From: Nitrosospira multiformis ATCC 25196
GTDB lineage: Bacteria > Pseudomonadota > Gammaproteobacteria > Burkholderiales > Nitrosomonadaceae
NCBI RefSeq assembly: GCF_000196355.1
Contig: NC_007614.1
Coordinates: forward strand, 2,430,001-2,462,000
DNA length: 32,000 bases
Reading direction: 5' to 3'
Shown: piece by piece, positions 28,024 through 32,000 of the stretch
Layout: each line of letters begins with the position of its first letter
Position numbering within the stretch: position 1 is the stretch's first letter
Program-made: the position numbers and the translations under genes
The notes under the pieces: generated by a model
Told to the model about the DNA's origin: nothing
Database searches by the model: none
Seen by the model: only the letters and a program-made list of their open reading frames with translations

Positions 28024-28365
28024 CTAGTCGCCTGTTGACTTACGCATGTGCATCAGGGCTTCGTCAACGTGCTTGGTGGCAACATCCGCATGTCCTGCTT
28101 TGGCATGCTCGATTGCCTGCTTCAGTTCCTTGATGGAGTCCGTCATATGCTTATGTTGTTCGGCGTGCTGTTTCTCCGCCGCCTGAGCATGGGTCAGGCT
28201 CTCTTCCGCGTGCTTGAGCAGCACTTTTGCGTGACCGTCCTCGCCATGTGCCTTTGCCATTGCGGCATGTTCGATCGCCTGGGCGGCGTGATGATCGGCA
28301 ATCGCCGGGGGCGCCAGAAGAACGCCCAAAACACCGATGGCAAAACCTGCTGATATGTATCTCAT
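28024..28365 (-). CDS. smbP: SmbP-like small metal-binding protein
   Basis: MRYISAGFAIGVLGVLLAPPAIA signal peptide; mature part DHHAAQAIEHAAMAKAHGEDGHAKVLLKHAEESLTHAQAAEKQHAEQHKH... with 14 His at helical spacing, matching Nitrosomonas SmbP architecture. Confidence 0.88.
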   Translation of the reverse strand: MRYISAGFAIGVLGVLLAPPAIADHHAAQAIEHAAMAKAHGEDGHAKVLLKHAEESLTHAQAAEKQHAEQHKHMTDSIKELKQAIEHAKAGHADVATKHVDEALMHMRKSTGD

Positions 28366-28553
28366 GAGAGCCTCCACAAGTCCATTGGATAGTTTTTATT
28401 GACAGCACGCTTTGCTGGCACCTGCCGGCACTTTTAGCCTGCAACAAGCCGAAGTCTGTCTCTCGAAGTATAGGCTATCTTTCTCCTCTTTGCTGTAACC
28501 GGTTCATCCTCATACGCGGCAGCGATATTTGGCTCGCAGAAGGCGGCAGCTTG

Positions 28554-29555
28554 TCAACATGACAGAGCTGGTGTTTCAGGCCCGGGAAAAATACCTGTCC
28601 GTGCTATGCCATCCTCTCCAATTGTGCCGCGAAACATGGCGCCGGTGTTGAACCGTATCGCATAGTTGCCGTCCGCATCCAGGACGATCAGGCCCCCATC
28701 TCCACCTATCGCCGCGATTTCCTCCAGCGTGTTATCGGCTGCCGCAGTAATCGGAGCATGCAGAAATCGCACCTGCGCTGCTGTGTTGAAAGCGGCAGCG
28801 GTACGAATGAACATTTCGCCTGTACCAGTCGTGGATACCGCAACCGAGCGATTGTCCGCGTAGGTTCCCGCCCCGATAATGGACGAGTCTCCTACCCGGC
28901 CAGGGTGCTTGTTCGTGAGCCCACCGGTCGACGTGCCGGCCGCCAGATTGCCCTGGCAGTCGAGCGCCACTGCGCCAACGGTTCCACGTTTTTCATCCTC
29001 ACCCGGCAATGTATCCAGACCCGCATCATGGTCGAGCAGGATACTTTCTTTAGCGATGGCTTTCTGCAGCTGATTCCAACGGTGCCGGGTATAGAAATAG
29101 GACGAATCCACGATTTCCAGATCCTGCTTTGCAGCGAAAATTTCCGCACCTTGCCCGATGAGCATCACGTGGGCGCTTTTCGTCATTACCGCATGTGCGG
29201 CGCGAATCGGATTGCGAATCGTCGTCACTCCCGCAACGGCGCCTGCCGCGCGAGTGGCCCCTTCCATGATTGAAGCTTCCAGTTCGTTGCGGCCATCATG
29301 GGTCAGCACGGCGCCCTTGCCGGCATTGAACAAGGGGCAATCCTCCATCACTGTAATGGCCGCAATCACTGCATCGATGCTGTTGCCGCCTGCTGCAAGC
29401 ACCGCATGGCCAGCGATCAGCGATTGCGCGAGTGCCTCCCTGTAAGCCTGCTCGCGTTCTGGCCCCTGCCCGGATTTCACGCTCCCGGCCCCTCCGTGAA
29501 TCACGAGCCGGATCGGCGAATCATTCCCCGCGCTTCCGCGCATGTGTATCGTCAT
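28554..29555 (-). CDS. Isoaspartyl peptidase / L-asparaginase (Ntn hydrolase)
   Basis: 333-aa ORF: LVIHGGAGSV, autoprocessing site GTVGAVALDCQGNLAAGTSTGGLTNKHPGRVGDSSIIGAGTYAD. Confidence 0.93.
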   Translation of the reverse strand: MTIHMRGSAGNDSPIRLVIHGGAGSVKSGQGPEREQAYREALAQSLIAGHAVLAAGGNSIDAVIAAITVMEDCPLFNAGKGAVLTHDGRNELEASIMEGATRAAGAVAGVTTIRNPIRAAHAVMTKSAHVMLIGQGAEIFAAKQDLEIVDSSYFYTRHRWNQLQKAIAKESILLDHDAGLDTLPGEDEKRGTVGAVALDCQGNLAAGTSTGGLTNKHPGRVGDSSIIGAGTYADNRSVAVSTTGTGEMFIRTAAAFNTAAQVRFLHAPITAAADNTLEEIAAIGGDGGLIVLDADGNYAIRFNTGAMFRGTIGEDGIARTGIFPGPETPALSC

Positions 29556-29897
29556 CTAAACAGATCTACAGAGCATCGACATTACCGGTCATGCGGCCAG
29601 TGCCTGCATGAAGAGTGTAGAGAACGGGATCGGACGCAACTGCCATCCGCCAATCATTAATGCCCCCCGTCTGTAAACCCTGGCCGATGCCGGCGTCAAG
29701 CTCTTGAAGACTCCAGAGCGAAGCAGAGGATAGAGAGGGAAATAACGCTGAACGGAGTCGGACGATGGTCACATAAGCGTGTTATCTCGTCATACACAGA
29801 AACGCCCATATCGGTCATCGACCCGCAAACAGCTGAGGTTTGATCAATTCTTGTCCGGCAATAACAACTGTACTCGAACCCACAGCTTGTCCCGGCT

Positions 29898-30089
29898 TTA
29901 TTTTTCTGCCATAGAGTGGCATTTATCAATAAATGCCTGCCGCTCGGCTTCGCTGTCGAAAGTTGGAAGCACCGCCTGCATTCCTATGCCAGAACAATTT
30001 GTTGAATTTGCTTCGGGAGTCCCGCCCCCGCCACAACTAGCCAAAGCCCCACTCAGCGCAATAATAAATACAATATATTCAGGCTTCAT
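29898..30089 (-). CDS. Putative very small lipoprotein
   Basis: 63-aa ORF: MKPEYIVFIIALSGALASCGGGG with lipobox. Confidence 0.55.
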   Translation of the reverse strand: MKPEYIVFIIALSGALASCGGGGTPEANSTNCSGIGMQAVLPTFDSEAERQAFIDKCHSMAEK

Positions 30090-30317
30090 TAAATTCTCCC
30101 TCTTTAAAAATCCTCAACGTGGGGCAGATTCAAGTTTGAGATGCAACACTGATGGTTGCCACGCGCAGCTCACCAAAACCCCGAAGAATACCTTATCAAG
30201 AGCTCTGATCCCAGGACTTTGCGGGGTCGCCCTTGATGGTAGTGCCTCGCCTTACTGTCAGAGCAGTTCTCGCAACAGCTTTTGTAGATAACGCAGCCAC
30301 AGAATCGAAGATTGGTT

Positions 30318-31664
30318 CTATCGCCAGTTTATACGGACCGGAATTCCACCTTTGGGTCGCAGGGTTATTGCCATCTCCATCTCGACTTCCTTTGAATCAA
30401 GCAGCTGTAAATCACAGTGCTGAATTATCATGCATAGCAAAAGCTGGCTCTCCATCAATGCAAAATGACTGCCGATACAGATGCGTTCACCTGTCCCGAA
30501 AGGTATGAACGAATATCTCCGGTTTTGGGATAGCAGAAATCGTTCGGGGTCAAACTGCTCCGGTTGGGGCCAAAAGTCGGCATGATGATGAAGATTGAAA
30601 ATACTGAATATCGCAAGCTTGCCAGCTTTTAAAAAATAACCGTCAACCTCGGTGTCTTTACTAACTTTACGCAGCAAAAAGCTGGCAGGCGGACGGAGGC
30701 GCATCGATTCACTGAGTACGGCCCTGGTATAAACAAGCTGCTGCAAATCTTCGGCATTCGGTATTTTTCCTTGTAACACCCGATCAAGTTCCTCACGCAG
30801 CCGAGTGAGCACGCCTGGATGGCGAACGAGTAAATATAAAGTCCAGCTTAGTAAATTCGCAGTTGTTTCATGGCCCGCGCTAAAAATGGTAATAACTTCA
30901 TCACGAACCTGCCTATCGGTCATCTTCTCACCGCTGTCGTCATCACGCACTTTTAACAGCATATCCAACAGGTCATTCTGATCCGAGGGTGCAGCGCGGC
31001 GTTGATCGATGATCCCGTAAATGACATCATCGATTATTCCCAATGCCTGCTTGAATTTTCGGTTGGCCGGAGTGGGTACATATACCGGAAGAGTCAAAGG
31101 ATTTGCGATGGTTCTAGCGGCATATCTCAATAAAATCTCCAAGGACGGCGCGATCCGTTCTATTTTGTCGAGGACACTGGTGCTGAACATGGTTTGGGTG
31201 ATGACCTCCAATGTGAGCCGCATCATTTCACCCGACAGGTTGATTTGCGCCCCTTCACCCATCTGCCGCCATCGACCCAGCATGTTATTACCTGCGGTAA
31301 CCATTTGCGGCAGCAACGTGGTTACATTACTTCTCTGAAAAACGGGCTGCATCAAGCGCCGTTGTCTTTGCCATAAATCGCCCTGACTTGTTACTAATCC
31401 CTGGCCTAAAATCAATGCCAGACCGGTTGGCTTCTCAGGATTGTAGATTTTTACAAAAACATCGCTTTGCCTGATCAAGGCTTGTTCAACCAGTTTTGGA
31501 TGGCTGAATAAATAAAATTGGCGAGCCGCCAGCCTGAAGCTGACCAAATCCCCATAATTCTGCTGCCAGTCATAAAAGGCTTGAAGGGGGCTCGCAATCA
31601 TCTGCCTTAAATTCCCCAGCAGAAACTCGCCCTTGACCTGGGGAACTGTCTTGTTATGCGCCAT
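30318..31664 (-). CDS. Cytochrome P450
   Basis: 448-aa ORF with I-helix AGHETTANLLSW, ExxR (ESMRLRPP) and heme-binding FIPFGTGERICIGSHFA. Confidence 0.95.
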   Translation of the reverse strand: MAHNKTVPQVKGEFLLGNLRQMIASPLQAFYDWQQNYGDLVSFRLAARQFYLFSHPKLVEQALIRQSDVFVKIYNPEKPTGLALILGQGLVTSQGDLWQRQRRLMQPVFQRSNVTTLLPQMVTAGNNMLGRWRQMGEGAQINLSGEMMRLTLEVITQTMFSTSVLDKIERIAPSLEILLRYAARTIANPLTLPVYVPTPANRKFKQALGIIDDVIYGIIDQRRAAPSDQNDLLDMLLKVRDDDSGEKMTDRQVRDEVITIFSAGHETTANLLSWTLYLLVRHPGVLTRLREELDRVLQGKIPNAEDLQQLVYTRAVLSESMRLRPPASFLLRKVSKDTEVDGYFLKAGKLAIFSIFNLHHHADFWPQPEQFDPERFLLSQNRRYSFIPFGTGERICIGSHFALMESQLLLCMIIQHCDLQLLDSKEVEMEMAITLRPKGGIPVRINWR

Positions 31665-32000
31665 CGTCTCCGCAGTTGGAAAGTTAATGAGGGGTTCGCC
31701 CGCCTCGATTCAGCCATGCATACCTCAATGCAATAAGCCAAACAAAACAGACCGCCTCCATTCAAGCAACAACAACCGATAGGCCGCATCCTAAATTGCT
31801 TTGTCCCTGATTACCATCCTGACTGCTGCATGGATGTTCTTTTCAATCTCTCTTGAATGCCAGGTTGCTCCTGGATGATACCAGGTCAACGCGAGCTCCT
31901 TCTCTGCGTTAAATGAGGCGGCAGCCTGCAAGCTCTATGGACGCTGCCGCTCGTGAAAGAATCAAAAGGACCAAGAGGCTGATACGACTCAACATAATAC

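Noticed and set aside
29556-29897. Possible degraded coding remnant (ORF 29566-29772, ...GLQTGGINDWRMAVASDPVLYTLHAGTGRMTGN)
   Set aside because: Looks slightly protein-like but no family could be recognised and there is no start or frame support; not enough to call a pseudogene.
1-32000. CRISPR arrays, tRNA/rRNA genes, intact IS elements or prophage genes
   Set aside because: No regularly spaced direct repeats, cloverleaf/TPsiC patterns, transposase ORFs or terminal inverted repeats with target duplications were recognised by eye. A tRNAscan-SE/ISfinder run would be needed to exclude short or degraded cases.

Overview
The window looks like the chromosome of a betaproteobacterial ammonia oxidiser, probably Nitrosospira or a close relative. 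That placement is an inference from the SmbP-like protein, the tyrosinase and the general gene content. The left part is housekeeping: dut (truncated by the window edge), coaBC, radC, rpmB, rpmG, a desaturase, and several membrane or metabolic genes. From about 9.8 to 19.9 kb there is a carbohydrate-oriented region. It contains an uninterrupted 1293-aa ORF that joins a GH-A/GH1-like hydrolase, a glycosyltransferase and a UDP-galactopyranose-mutase-like flavoprotein, followed by an amidohydrolase and a GT4 glycosyltransferase. From 20 to 28 kb there is an accessory-looking mosaic: a tyrosinase with two C-terminal PPC-like repeats next to a histidine-free MelC1/caddie-like ORF; rtcA divergent from an MJ1316/DUF504 RNA-end-recognition domain protein; a perfect 13-bp inverted repeat directly upstream of an HTH / small ORF / SLOG-type three-gene cassette; and a large secreted protein resembling Agd3/CE18 glycan deacetylases. 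The end carries SmbP, isoaspartyl peptidase and a cytochrome P450. I recognised no CRISPR array, rRNA, tRNA or intact transposon. All family assignments are from motif recognition by eye; no database search was run.
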